Sequence record: OR062943.1
Origin: Escherichia phage 241Ecol014PP
Direction: 5' to 3' (one strand)
DNA length: 64,000 nucleotides
Shown here: positions 39,884 through 49,591 of the stretch, piece by piece
Layout of the letters: each line of letters opens with the position of its first letter
Numbering within the stretch: the stretch's first letter is position 1
Notes under the pieces: generated by a model
What the model was told of the DNA's origin: nothing
What the model saw: only the letters and a program-made list of their open reading frames with translations
The model's database searches: none
Translations under genes and position numbers: made by a program

Positions 39884-42800
39884 ATGAGCATGTATAGCTT
39901 CGATTTTGAGGCCTCCGGGCTTTTGGAAGACCCAGATCTTTATTACCACTGCGGCCTGTTTAAAGAGCTGAATAAGAACCGTTTTATGCTGTTCCTCCCT
40001 CTAAATGACCGCACACACTACTCCGAGGAGGATATAGAGAAGGCTAAGAACTTCATTCTGGCAAAGAAAACTCTTTATAAAGATTTTGAAGTTCGCATAG
40101 CAGATTTTTCGGAGTTGGAAGGTTGGCTTACAGGCAATTCCGACTGGTCACCAACAGCTTTGAACTGCCATAACTGCTACAGTTATGACTTTATGCTGAT
40201 GGAGAAATTATCCGGTATTCATTTTGATATGTTCCGTGATCCTAAATGCATGGGTACTATCAACGATCACCAGGTTAACCTGTTCGATACGTTGGCGATG
40301 AGCCGAATCTTGTGGCCTGATCGCCCTTTACCAAAAGGTTGTCCGGACTCTGTATTCAACCCGGTTACTAAGAAAATGCAGCCTGTTGGTGCCCACGGCC
40401 TTATGGCATGGGGCTACGCCCTTGGTAACCAGAAAGTTCAAATTGATGACTGGCGTGATCTTCCGTTGTGGAAGTATGTGGATCGTGTATTCGAGGACGT
40501 TATCATCCAGGAGCTGCTCTGGAAAGAGCTGGTAGCGGAATCAAAAGGTGTATTCTACGGCAAATCTGACATGCAGAACTTTATGTACGATCCTGCCAAA
40601 GAGAAGCCGAAAGGGTTCAAGAAGATCACCTGGAAGAACGCATTACGCCGGGGTATGCTGCAGCACTTCCTGATGGAGCTGCAGGCCCGTCAGGGTGTAT
40701 ACTTCGACATAGATGGAGCTATTGCTTTACGTGACCGTTGCGATGCGTGGATGAAAGAGATCGCTGATCGTGTTGAACCTCAACTTCCTTTAAAAGAGTT
40801 GTCAATGTCTCAGCGGCCCAAGTTCCCTGAAAAGCCGTTTAACCAAGATGGGACAATCTCCAATAATGGTTGGAAATGGTTAAAAGATAAGCTTGGCTAT
40901 CCTGTGGACATGAGTGCTTTAGAGTTCAAAGCCCCGCCTAAGCGAGCATTTACCTCCACAGGAGATGTCAGCAAGATGGGGATAAAATGGTGTGAAGAGA
41001 TGGGCTGCAAAGACCCCGATAAGATGGCTGATTTCTTGAGAGGCTATATTAAGGGCACTTCCACACCACACCCTTTACCTAAAGAGCTGATGGATCAGGC
41101 GATAAGTGATCTACAGCAGAAGCGAATGCCGGACTGCAAGATACCTATGAAAATCAGCAATCAGGACGACATTAAGCGATACCTGATCAGTGCTGGTTGG
41201 CTTCCGACAATGTGGAGAACTAAGGATGTAACTAAAGACAGCAAGAAGAAAGCTCTACCTGATGCAGATGTTGATGCACGAGTATATGCATATATGGACG
41301 AGCTTTTAGAGTCAGAGTATTGTGATCTGATTATCAACTTCTGGAACAAAACTGATGCTAAGTTCCAGACAACCGTGCACAAGTTCCGAAGCTTTCCTAA
41401 CTCCGAAAGGATTAAAAAGGAAGTGTTCGGGAAAATACGTAGAAAAGCCAGAGCACTTATTACTTCTCCGCAGCTGAAAGATACGTTTGGACACCTATGC
41501 CCAAATCTTGAAAAATTGAACGGAGAGATGGCTAAAGATATCGTCTTGTGGTTATCATTGCGAAACCGCAGATCGGTCCTTGATCCAATCAAGGAGGATA
41601 AGGTTGATACTGGTCTTCTTAATCACCCACGTTTGAAGATTGACCATAAGCTTCCTGCTAAAAGTTCTGGGTTAACAAACACTTCCCGACAGAAACACAG
41701 TATTTGTGCAAACATGCCTAAACCATCTCCTAAAGTGGTTATGGGTAAAGAGATGCGTAGTCTGTGGGGTGTTCCTCCAGGATACTTTGAGATCGGTATT
41801 GACGGGTCCAACTTAGAGCAGCTTATCGGGGCTTGGGGTGCCTTTGAGTTCGACAACGGCCTGTATTATGATGTTGTAAGTAACGGCGATGCACACTGTT
41901 ATTCAGGAGATACACAAATTCTCACGGAGAAAGGGTGGGTGAGGTTTGAAGATCTTGATCCGGGAACACAAGTGTTCCAGTACGATCACAACACCTCGTC
42001 GATGAACCTTGTTACTCCATTAAATTACGTTAAGCGTAGTTATTGTGGGGATATGTATCATTTCCACAACAGCAGTGTGGATTTTATGGTTACAGATCAA
42101 CACAGGATGCTGACCGTGGATCACAGAAGCAATAAATTGTTTGAAGATTTGGCAAAAGACCTGAAAGCAGGTAAAGGGTCTAATTCAGGAAGAAGGTTTA
42201 TCCATGCGGCAGAGTTTTATGGGAATACAACCTTATCTCCTGCCCAGATTAATTTGCTTATTGCTATTCACGATGATGGGCACTTGCATACAAATAAGGA
42301 CGGCAGCATCGTGTGCAGGATTCAGGTCGGGAAGGGCAGAAAAGTTGCAACGCTTTTAGATACTTTTTCTGCTCTAAGCCTTAGTTATGTAGAGCAGAGC
42401 GGGAAAACCACAAAAGGGGGCTTACTGGCGAGAAGGTTCCAATTCCACGTTCCGTCCTGGGTATTTGAGTTTTTGGACAGCAATAAGGATTTCACCTACA
42501 ACCTGATGGACCTTGATAAAGAATCTAAAAACCTGTTTATAGCTTCTTTATCTAACTGGGACGGATGGGTATCTTCCGAAGGTGGAAAAGTTGCCTACTA
42601 CTCTCAGTCCGAGTGCAGGAAGAAATCTGTAGAGGTTGTGTCTGCGCTGGCTACTCAGTGTGGTTTACGGAATAATACGGTGGCGATTCACAAAAAAGGT
42701 CGTTCCGTACAGCACAGAATCACGATTGGTAGCAAACAGAGAGCAGGGTTGCTGACACTATCTAAAGAGTCTGTCGAGGTGAGTGGTTCTTTGGTTTATT

Positions 42801-43276
42801 GCGTTACCGTCCCTTCTGGAGCAATCATTGTGAGAAGGAATGGTAAAGTGGCAGTGTGCGGTAACTGTAATAACGCCAAAGCTTACTCTTCTGTAGCAGG
42901 CAAGGAGATTTCCCGTAACGATGGTAAGCCTGTCACGTATGGGGTTATGTACGGGGCACAAAAAGATAAAGTTGCAGATATGCTGGATATCTCCCCAGAG
43001 TTGGGGCAAAGGGTGATCGATGCACTTTGGGATGCCAACCCCGGTCTTAAGGGGCGCAAAGAGGATCTGGAGAAATTCTGGGAAGCAACAGGTAAGAAGT
43101 TTATCTACTCTTTTGATGGTCATGCTATCTGGACTCGATCTAAACACTCTTTACTTAATGCATACCAACAAAATGGTGGTGCATCGCTGTGTGACTTAGT
43201 TGGGATACTCATGCACCACCAAATGGTGAAGCGTGGGTGGTACGATGAAGGTGTTCGTCGTATTATTTATTACCAT
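39884..43276 (+). CDS. family-A DNA polymerase, exon 1 (contains intein)
   Basis: Exo I FDFEASGL; motif A-like IDGSNLEQL; motif B-like RNDGKPVTYGVMYGA; ORF stops 2 codons after the His expected to begin motif C (HDE). Confidence 0.7.
41897..42865 (+). mobile_element. intein (323 aa) within DNA polymerase, putative LAGLIDADG endonuclease core
   Basis: in-frame insert between motifs A and B: starts CYSGDTQILTEKG, block B-like VTDQHRM, ends VYCVTV..NGKVAVCGN with +1 Cys; LLIAIHDDGHL and FIASLSNWDGW candidate LAGLIDADG motifs. Confidence 0.65.
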
Positions 43277-43552
43277 AAATAACATTGTGGCTTCATAGAG
43301 TAATCTATGTCGAATAACCTCTTTAACTGCGGGAAGCCTAAACCTTATGGCAAGGTAATCCGCAACGAAGCGCTCAAAAGAGCGAACGCTCAGAGGCCAT
43401 TCCGAAAGGAAGTAGACCAGCAAGTGCGGTCGAAATGGGAGGATTCCTGTGGTTGCTTATCATAGGAATATGAGATGGTCCGATCCTACGTGAAAACGTA
43501 TGGCTATGCACGTAATGGTGCGGGGTAGCTTAACGACCTACCTGAACTATTG
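43277..43552 (+). mobile_element. group I self-splicing intron (ORF-less) in DNA polymerase gene
   Basis: 276 nt; exon 1 ends ..CCAU pairing with GUGG guide at 43287-43290; P-like CTGCGGGAAG 43327, Q-like AATCCGCAAC 43357, P7 AGACCA 43414 / TGGTC 43476; last nt G; joins H|DE of motif C. Confidence 0.6.
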
Positions 43553-43906
43553 GATGAGTACCAAATTCAAGTCCCTGACACGCCTAAGTATAAGACTGTG
43601 TACACCTTCGACACAATTGAAGAACTGGAAGCATTTAAGGCAGAGCAGGAGGCCAAACTTCATGTGTTTGACGGTCATAAGTACAAAAAGGCACGCAAGG
43701 ATGAGAACGGAAACGAAGTGGTTGACAGAGACGGAAACACGGTGTACGATCCTATCCTGAACGATGACGGAAAGCTTGAACTTATCTGGAGCCCTGTGGG
43801 TGAAATGGTGGTGCATTGCTTCTGGCAAGCTTCTAAAATGATGGGCGTCCCGTTCCAGATCACAGGTGAATACTTGTGTGGGGCTAATTGGGGTAGTTGC
43901 CATTGA
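43553..43906 (+). CDS. family-A DNA polymerase, exon 2 (C-terminal part)
   Basis: begins DEYQIQV (motif C DE), ends GANWGSCH resembling the family-A C-terminus; no RBS or ATG of its own. Confidence 0.6.
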   Translation, partial: DEYQIQVPDTPKYKTVYTFDTIEELEAFKAEQEAKLHVFDGHKYKKARKDENGNEVVDRDGNTVYDPILNDDGKLELIWSPVGEMVVHCFWQASKMMGVPFQITGEYLCGANWGSCH

Positions 43907-43926
43907 TCTGATAAGAGATATTTGCT

Positions 43927-44574
43927 ATGGAAGAATGGAGAAAACTGGTTGGCAGGGAGGCCAACTATGAAGTTAGCAGTAAAGGAAGGATTAAAAGGCT
44001 GTCTTACCTGAGGAAGTACAGTAACCAAACAGGTAAAGTTACTTTCAAAGCTGTCCCTGACAGGATTTTAAAAGGTAGCGTAGACAGTAGCGGTTACATT
44101 CAAGTAAATGTAGATGGAAGATCGGAATTGCTTCACAGGTTAATTGCCGAGACCTTTCTAGAGCCTCCTTCAAAAGAGCTTGTAGAGGAATGTAAGGCAG
44201 CAGGGCTGGACTATGTGCCGATCAATCATAAAGACCATAACCGCCTAAACAATGCTGCTGACAACCTTGAATGGGCCTCGCCTTCAAAAAATGCACAAGA
44301 TGTGGACTACGACTACCATAAAACAAGAGGGGAAAGTTCATACTGTGCAAAACTTAAAGAGCGAGATGTTGACGAAATATTAAAGCTTTCCAAAACAGGT
44401 ATGTCACAGCAAGCTATAGCAGATCTTTTCGGTGTTAATCAGATAACCATTTCCAATATCTTGACAGGTAGGAGTTGGGCATGGTACACTGGGATACCTA
44501 AAACCGCAAGGTGTAAAAACAAAAGGGGGAGATCCCCGAAAAGCATGTCTGAGCAAAATTTCTCTGTAAGCTGA
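43927..44574 (+). CDS. HNH homing endonuclease (NUMOD4-like N-term, HTH C-term)
   Basis: EEWRKLVG..YEVSSKGRIKR N-terminus; INHKDHNRLNN..NLEW HNH core; C-terminal MSQQAIADLFGVNQITISNIL helix-turn-helix. Confidence 0.6.
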   Translation: MEEWRKLVGREANYEVSSKGRIKRLSYLRKYSNQTGKVTFKAVPDRILKGSVDSSGYIQVNVDGRSELLHRLIAETFLEPPSKELVEECKAAGLDYVPINHKDHNRLNNAADNLEWASPSKNAQDVDYDYHKTRGESSYCAKLKERDVDEILKLSKTGMSQQAIADLFGVNQITISNILTGRSWAWYTGIPKTARCKNKRGRSPKSMSEQNFSVS

Positions 44575-44633
44575 TTGTCACTAATGTAAACTATCAACAC
44601 ATGGAAGTGTTGTTGAGCAAAGAGGAGACTTTT

Positions 44634-44918
44634 ATGGTAGTAGAACCAACAAAAACATTTACATCTATGACTATCCCTGTTATTATGCAGGTGGAGTGTG
44701 TTCAGGTATCTCAAGTGTGGCCTGGCACCAAAATCCCAACAGGGCCTGATTTCTTTCAGGTTGGCAAAGTGTACAATGTCTGGAAGGCACCAGATTGTTA
44801 CCCTTTCATTAAAGATGACCGTGGGATGCTGTGGTATCTTGGAAATGATTTGACACTGCACCTTGGGAATGCTATTATTGCAGTATTCAGACTTAACAAG
44901 AAGGAGACCGATCAATGA
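44634..44918 (+). CDS. hypothetical protein
   Basis: ATG 44634 after AGAGGAGA; track ORF begins at 44601. Confidence 0.35.
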   Translation: MVVEPTKTFTSMTIPVIMQVECVQVSQVWPGTKIPTGPDFFQVGKVYNVWKAPDCYPFIKDDRGMLWYLGNDLTLHLGNAIIAVFRLNKKETDQ

Positions 44919-45142
44919 CAACTTTGGTTAAAGCTACTTTTGTAGAAGAAAAGATGACAGACCTGTCCTTCTTTAAAGAAGGAAAGACCTACGAGGTTTA
45001 TTACGATAAAGATCGTGCAAACAAGATGATTAAAGACGAGGAAGGGATTGCCTGGTTTATCTCCCATCTGGCAAACGGTGAGTATCATATCTACGGAACC
45101 ACCCTGCTTGCCAAGTTTGTAGCTGTCGAAGAGGACCTATGA
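44915..45142 (+). CDS. hypothetical protein
   Basis: 75-aa ORF, AAGGAGA RBS. Confidence 0.4.
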   Translation: MTTLVKATFVEEKMTDLSFFKEGKTYEVYYDKDRANKMIKDEEGIAWFISHLANGEYHIYGTTLLAKFVAVEEDL

Positions 45143-45333
45143 AAGTAAAGTATCTGGCTGAGGGCATGAGCAGGTATTTTACCCTTGGTGAAGAATATTG
45201 GCCCTTTACAAACAACGGTGATGTCTACGTGAAAGATAATTTCGGCACGCCGTGGTTTCTGCACTCTAATGGGCTGGGATACTCCATTTACTGCGGTGCA
45301 GTGAACAACACAACTCTTGCAGAGTTCGTTTAG
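45139..45333 (+). CDS. hypothetical protein
   Basis: 64-aa ORF. Confidence 0.4.
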   Translation: MKVKYLAEGMSRYFTLGEEYWPFTNNGDVYVKDNFGTPWFLHSNGLGYSIYCGAVNNTTLAEFV

Positions 45334-45343
45334 AGGAGGTAGG

Positions 45344-45715
45344 ATGTTAGTAAAAGGTACCCACACAGTCAAACAACGTATTGAAGTTGAGATTGATGAT
45401 TGTGAGCTGAAGCATATTTTACGGTCATGCTCCAACGTTTTGCTCCTTAGTATTCTTCAGGAGCGAGCGGAGAACGAGTTCTTAAATGCACTGGCAGGCC
45501 GTCCTGGTGACTTCTGTGTGCGTAAGCGTGGTGACAACAAGTCATGGCTGTGGGAAATCGATGCCGACTGGGATTACCACAAAAATGAGGGTATAGATGA
45601 GCCTATTCGTGAACTGACGGACAAAGAGGTTCAGATGTACAATGAAGTTTGTCAGTGGGCAAAAAGTCAACAAACTTATCTTGATCCTTGGTGGATGATC
45701 GAAAATAGTCGTTGA
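45344..45715 (+). CDS. hypothetical protein
   Basis: ATG 45344 after GAGGAGG; track ORF starts at 45317. Confidence 0.4.
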   Translation: MLVKGTHTVKQRIEVEIDDCELKHILRSCSNVLLLSILQERAENEFLNALAGRPGDFCVRKRGDNKSWLWEIDADWDYHKNEGIDEPIRELTDKEVQMYNEVCQWAKSQQTYLDPWWMIENSR

Positions 45716-45738
45716 CAGGAAGTAAGATTAGATATAAG
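45712..45738 (+). promoter_or_regulatory. sigma70-like promoter (weaker spacing)
   Basis: TTGACA overlapping stop codon, 15-nt spacer, TATAAG. Confidence 0.35.
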
Positions 45739-45791
45739 ATGCTTCACACAAACAGAGCGTTGATTGTTTAACACTTAAGGAGACCGCTAAG

Positions 45792-46046
45792 ATGAAAATC
45801 ATGTTGAAACCAGAGTGCGTTGCAAATGACCGAGCTTTTAAAGATTGCACGCTTGGTGCTATTTATGAAGCCGAGTTTTGTGATAACCCTCTGGTAAAAG
45901 CTCTCCTGGAAGAGGGTGCCCCTTTATCTCAAGAAGAGATTGATGAACTGGAAAACTCAGCCCAGTGCCTTACCTTTAAAGATGATGAAGGAGATTCTGT
46001 CTGGTGCACCGTTAACGAAGTGGTTTTTGTAAAACCTGAACATTAA
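45792..46046 (+). CDS. hypothetical small protein (paralogue of 46110-46370)
   Basis: 84 aa; KPECVANDRAFKDCT and DDEGDSVWCT blocks shared with next gene. Confidence 0.4.
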   Translation: MKIMLKPECVANDRAFKDCTLGAIYEAEFCDNPLVKALLEEGAPLSQEEIDELENSAQCLTFKDDEGDSVWCTVNEVVFVKPEH

Positions 46047-46049
46047 TAC

Positions 46050-46078
46050 TTGACAAGAAAGATGGGACCTATTATAAT
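46050..46078 (+). promoter_or_regulatory. sigma70 promoter, consensus hexamers
   Basis: TTGACA, 17-nt spacer, TATAAT. Confidence 0.65.
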
Positions 46079-46109
46079 GGCCCTATCAAAACGAAAGGGG
46101 ACCACAGTA

Positions 46110-46370
46110 ATGACCAAACAATATCAACGAATTAAAGCCAAGGTTAAGCCAGACTATCTGGAGAAGGACTCTGCTTTTCGGGACTGCACAGCCGACAAAG
46201 TTTACACAGGAGCTGTCCTGTTGAACGATAAACTTGAAGTAGATGTGCTGGGTAAAGAGGCCGTTATCGAGGATGACAACGGTGACTGTGTTTTCTGCAC
46301 CACACGGGAGCTGGAAGTCTTAGAATACTTCGGTGAAATCTTCAACTCCTTAGACGACGAGGAAGCGTGA
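46110..46370 (+). CDS. hypothetical small protein (paralogue of 45792-46046)
   Basis: ATG 46110 downstream of the promoter; track ORF starts at 46050 inside the promoter. Confidence 0.4.
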   Translation: MTKQYQRIKAKVKPDYLEKDSAFRDCTADKVYTGAVLLNDKLEVDVLGKEAVIEDDNGDCVFCTTRELEVLEYFGEIFNSLDDEEA

Positions 46371-46759
46371 TGAAAAATATTTGGGATATTGATATCTTTG
46401 AAGCCTCTAAGCTTGACGGTGCTGATGGAGTTATTATGGTGTCTGATGGCAAGGCAACACTAACTTCTGGAGATATCATCTATGCCTTGGACGAGCTGGC
46501 GCTTCTGAAATCTACCGGTAACACTTTAGAGGAGCGTCTTCAAGGCTTCGCCTTCAAAGAAGGCACAAATACCGCCATGATGTGCACCACACGGACAGTT
46601 CAGGTTGGTAACGGTGTCTATATGATCATTGCTGTGTGTCCTAAATTCAGCAACGTCAATAAAGATGATGCTGACGCTGTCAACGATGGGGTTGTTCTCT
46701 TCGTGGGTGACGCTATGGCAGATCTGATGAATGCAGGAGAAGCAGCAAATGAAGACTGA
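46367..46759 (+). CDS. hypothetical protein
   Basis: 130-aa ORF, start overlaps upstream stop. Confidence 0.4.
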   Translation: MMKNIWDIDIFEASKLDGADGVIMVSDGKATLTSGDIIYALDELALLKSTGNTLEERLQGFAFKEGTNTAMMCTTRTVQVGNGVYMIIAVCPKFSNVNKDDADAVNDGVVLFVGDAMADLMNAGEAANED

Positions 46760-47051
46760 AAACATCACCCCAGCAGGGTTTTTAAAAGTATACCGTGAAC
46801 TGCTATATACTACAGAGGACAGTGTTCTAGAGTATCCAGAATATCTTTTGCTGTATAAGTATCTGCAGGAGGCTGGTGAAAATCTGCCAGTTAGTGCAGA
46901 AGGTGGTCCGAACTGGATATACAGCGCATGGAGAAAGGTTGACATTCTCCCAGATCCAGGTAAAGATATGGTAGTTTGGCAGCTTATCAACAACATCGGG
47001 ATTCCAATCTTTGATGAAGCTGTTAAAATCTATTTTGAACTTGACGATTAA
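46749..47051 (+). CDS. hypothetical protein
   Basis: ATG 46749 after AGGAGAAG; track ORF begins at 46731. Confidence 0.4.
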   Translation: MKTENITPAGFLKVYRELLYTTEDSVLEYPEYLLLYKYLQEAGENLPVSAEGGPNWIYSAWRKVDILPDPGKDMVVWQLINNIGIPIFDEAVKIYFELDD

Positions 47052-47068
47052 TATCAGGAGACCTTAAG

Positions 47069-47314
47069 ATGACTGAAGTAGTTGCTCGCGCAGGACAGAA
47101 AGTACGTTGTGTTGAAGTAGGTTTTGGTGGCAAAGGGTGTCAAAACTTGACTCAAGGTAAGGAATACGCTGTTATTTCTGGTGGTGGCGACGAAAGTATT
47201 GTGTTCGAGGGCCACATCCTGGATGCTGAAAACTTTGAAATCTTTGACGACGATGGGGATCCGATCACCTGCCTGCTGGACGGGAATTGGGGAACTTTCG
47301 AAGTGATTGGCTAA
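47069..47314 (+). CDS. hypothetical protein
   Basis: 81-aa ORF, AGGAGA RBS. Confidence 0.4.
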   Translation: MTEVVARAGQKVRCVEVGFGGKGCQNLTQGKEYAVISGGGDESIVFEGHILDAENFEIFDDDGDPITCLLDGNWGTFEVIG

Positions 47315-47324
47315 CAAATACCTA

Positions 47325-47353
47325 TTGTAATTTACAGAAGGGGATGCTAAAAT
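47325..47353 (+). promoter_or_regulatory. sigma70-like promoter
   Basis: TTGTAA, 17-nt spacer, TAAAAT. Confidence 0.45.
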
Positions 47354-47397
47354 AGTGTCTCCTTCTATGTTGTTCAAATAAAATCGGAGATTCCATA

Positions 47398-47763
47398 ATG
47401 GAACAAATGAACGATCAAGCGTCGGTTGCGATGAACGAGCAAGAACAACCTCAAGAATTTTTCTTAGGGTTAAGTAAAGATCAAGTGTCTCTTTTGCTAG
47501 TGCTTTCTTCTTTCATGGGAAGACTTCAGGAGCTCACACAACAGCCGGAGGCTGAACAATTATTTCAGGCTCTGCGTGAAGAAGAAAAATATCGTCGTTT
47601 GGACTATGCCTTAGGTTGGGTAGCTCAACAACGAGATATGCTGATGGCCCTCTCTGGGACCACAAGTTTTGCAATGGGCCTGTTGGCTCAAGTTCAGGAC
47701 AAATTAATTCAAGCAGGGTTTGCACACACGGCAAACACTAACGAAGAACAAGGAGACAAATAA
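47398..47763 (+). CDS. hypothetical Gln/Glu-rich protein
   Basis: 121-aa ORF; codon choice CTG/CGT-rich. Confidence 0.4.
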   Translation: MEQMNDQASVAMNEQEQPQEFFLGLSKDQVSLLLVLSSFMGRLQELTQQPEAEQLFQALREEEKYRRLDYALGWVAQQRDMLMALSGTTSFAMGLLAQVQDKLIQAGFAHTANTNEEQGDK

Positions 47764-48989
47764 TGAGCGTTATTCAACAATTCGCTAACCCGATGAATCC
47801 GCGTGAAACTGTTTTACTGGCTCACGGCATGATTAAACGCGTCAGCATCAAGCCTATCAAAGGTGCTGATCCTACAACAGGTATTAAAACCACTGTGTGG
47901 CAAGGTAAGAAAATTGAGTCCAGCCACACCATCTCTTTACTGATTTCTGAACTGGATTCCTCTGATAACCTGCTTCAAGGTGGTGAAGAAGTCTGGATCA
48001 GCATGGGTGATAAACTGCTTAAACCGGGTCATCAAGACTCTGTCTCTGTTAAAATTGATGACAAGTGGGAAACCGTAACACCGGGATGGATCGTAAATAT
48101 TCCTTTGAAGGCAAACGAGCATAACGGTAAGACCTATTACAAAGGCTCACTGGCTAAGATGGTCAAGCTGGGTGCAGGAGAGGCTCCAGCAGCGACTCAG
48201 CAGCAAAAACAGCAACAAGGTGCACAATCACAAGGCCAGAAGCAGAAACCTCAGCAGAATGCCAATCAGGACGTTTTACGCATCTACGGTGATGTGACTC
48301 AGATTGTTGGCAACGTGGTTACTGTTAATGACCACAAGATTGGCGAAGGTGCTATGGTTGTCACTGATGAGCAGCTTAAAGACCTGGTGGTGGGTGGTCG
48401 TGTTGCCGCCATTGTTGACAAAGACACCGGAAACATTATCAGTGGTTTCAAAGCCTATCCACCTAAGGCAGAGAACGGCACTCAAGGCTCTGGTGGCAAG
48501 CGTAAATCATCTTACGACCCTATCGGTGTGGAAACGGGGCATAGCATCAATGCGTTGCAGATCATCCTGGATCGCGGGTTTAAGGTAGACGACCCACTGG
48601 GCGTGGCTAAAACACTGCACGTAGTCACCATTGAGCTTAAGAAAGAGTATGCTCAAGCCACCAACCGAACTGAAGATGAAGTAGGTGCCAGTGTCGGTAA
48701 TGCGGTGTTGAACGCTTGTCGCCGTATTGACAAGAAAACGAAAGTTGATGATTTTGCAGCGGCAATTACTGCAGAAGCAAAAGATGTCTTGACTAATCTG
48801 GCTGAACCGTTGTACGATTGGATCAAGAACGGTGCTGGGTCAACCGACCATCAAGAACCTCAGGCTGCCAAACAGGAAGCAGCTCCACAGCAAAACACTG
48901 TAGACGCTCCTCCTGTAAATGATGAGGGAGATGACCCGATGGATCAGAATCCAGCACAGTATGAGTTCGATGACTCGATCCCTTTCTGA
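47763..48989 (+). CDS. SSB-like single-stranded DNA-binding protein with acidic C-terminal tip
   Basis: 408 aa; Gln-rich linker; C-terminus DDPMDQNPAQYEFDDSIPF resembles the bacterial SSB ...DDDIPF tail. Confidence 0.45.
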   Translation: MSVIQQFANPMNPRETVLLAHGMIKRVSIKPIKGADPTTGIKTTVWQGKKIESSHTISLLISELDSSDNLLQGGEEVWISMGDKLLKPGHQDSVSVKIDDKWETVTPGWIVNIPLKANEHNGKTYYKGSLAKMVKLGAGEAPAATQQQKQQQGAQSQGQKQKPQQNANQDVLRIYGDVTQIVGNVVTVNDHKIGEGAMVVTDEQLKDLVVGGRVAAIVDKDTGNIISGFKAYPPKAENGTQGSGGKRKSSYDPIGVETGHSINALQIILDRGFKVDDPLGVAKTLHVVTIELKKEYAQATNRTEDEVGASVGNAVLNACRRIDKKTKVDDFAAAITAEAKDVLTNLAEPLYDWIKNGAGSTDHQEPQAAKQEAAPQQNTVDAPPVNDEGDDPMDQNPAQYEFDDSIPF

Positions 48990-48997
48990 GGTCAGTT

Positions 48998-49576
48998 ATG
49001 AAATGCAAACGTTGTGGAGAGGACAAGGAGGCCTCCGACTTCTACACCAGTAACAAATCAACGTGCAAAGAGTGTTGCAAGAAGGCCAGCAGGGAGGCTG
49101 ACCAATTTGCTAAAGACTCTTCAGAAAAAGGTGTAATACGCGTGCTGTACAAGTCTCAAAAGTGCAACAGCAAGCAAAGAGGTCACCCTCCTCCGACTTA
49201 CACCAAAAAAGAGTTTAAGGAGTGGCTATACCTGAACGGTTACAAAGAGTTGTATGATCAGTGGGTAGCCAGCGGATACGACAAAAGGAAAAAGCCTTCT
49301 TGTGACAGGATAGATGATTTCAAAGGGTACTCTTTTGATAATATCCGTTTAACGACTTGGGGAGAAAATAAAGACAAGCAGACAGAAGATATTCTGTTAC
49401 ATAGAAGCACCAGCGGTAGACGGTGCAAAAATGTAAGGAGGTTGGACATGAATGGTAACGTTCTTAAAGAATGGGTATCCCACAACTCTTGTAGCAGAGA
49501 AACCGGAATATATATTGGTTACTACATTCATGAAAAAATTCCAGCTCCAGATGGATACTTCTATGAATACTTTTAG
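48998..49576 (+). CDS. HNH_3-type endonuclease with N-terminal Cys-rich zinc finger
   Basis: CKRCG..CKECC pairs; PSCDRIDDFKGYSFDNIRLTTWGEN HNH_3-like core. Confidence 0.5.
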   Translation: MKCKRCGEDKEASDFYTSNKSTCKECCKKASREADQFAKDSSEKGVIRVLYKSQKCNSKQRGHPPPTYTKKEFKEWLYLNGYKELYDQWVASGYDKRKKPSCDRIDDFKGYSFDNIRLTTWGENKDKQTEDILLHRSTSGRRCKNVRRLDMNGNVLKEWVSHNSCSRETGIYIGYYIHEKIPAPDGYFYEYF

Positions 49577-49591
49577 CACCTAACTGACATA

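Noticed and set aside
43500-43906. Track ORFs 43500-43760 (+) and 43547-43903 (-) overlapping the intron/exon 2 region
   Set aside because: The frame beginning at 43553 continues the polymerase and ends in a family-A C-terminal signature; the other frames overlap the structured intron and have no start context
39884-43906. Alternative reading of the polymerase as a naturally split two-subunit enzyme
   Set aside because: Catalytic motif C is divided exactly at the junction (His in the upstream part, Asp-Glu in the downstream part), the downstream part has no ATG or RBS, and the spacer shows group I intron core elements; an intron is the simpler explanation, though unproven without RNA data
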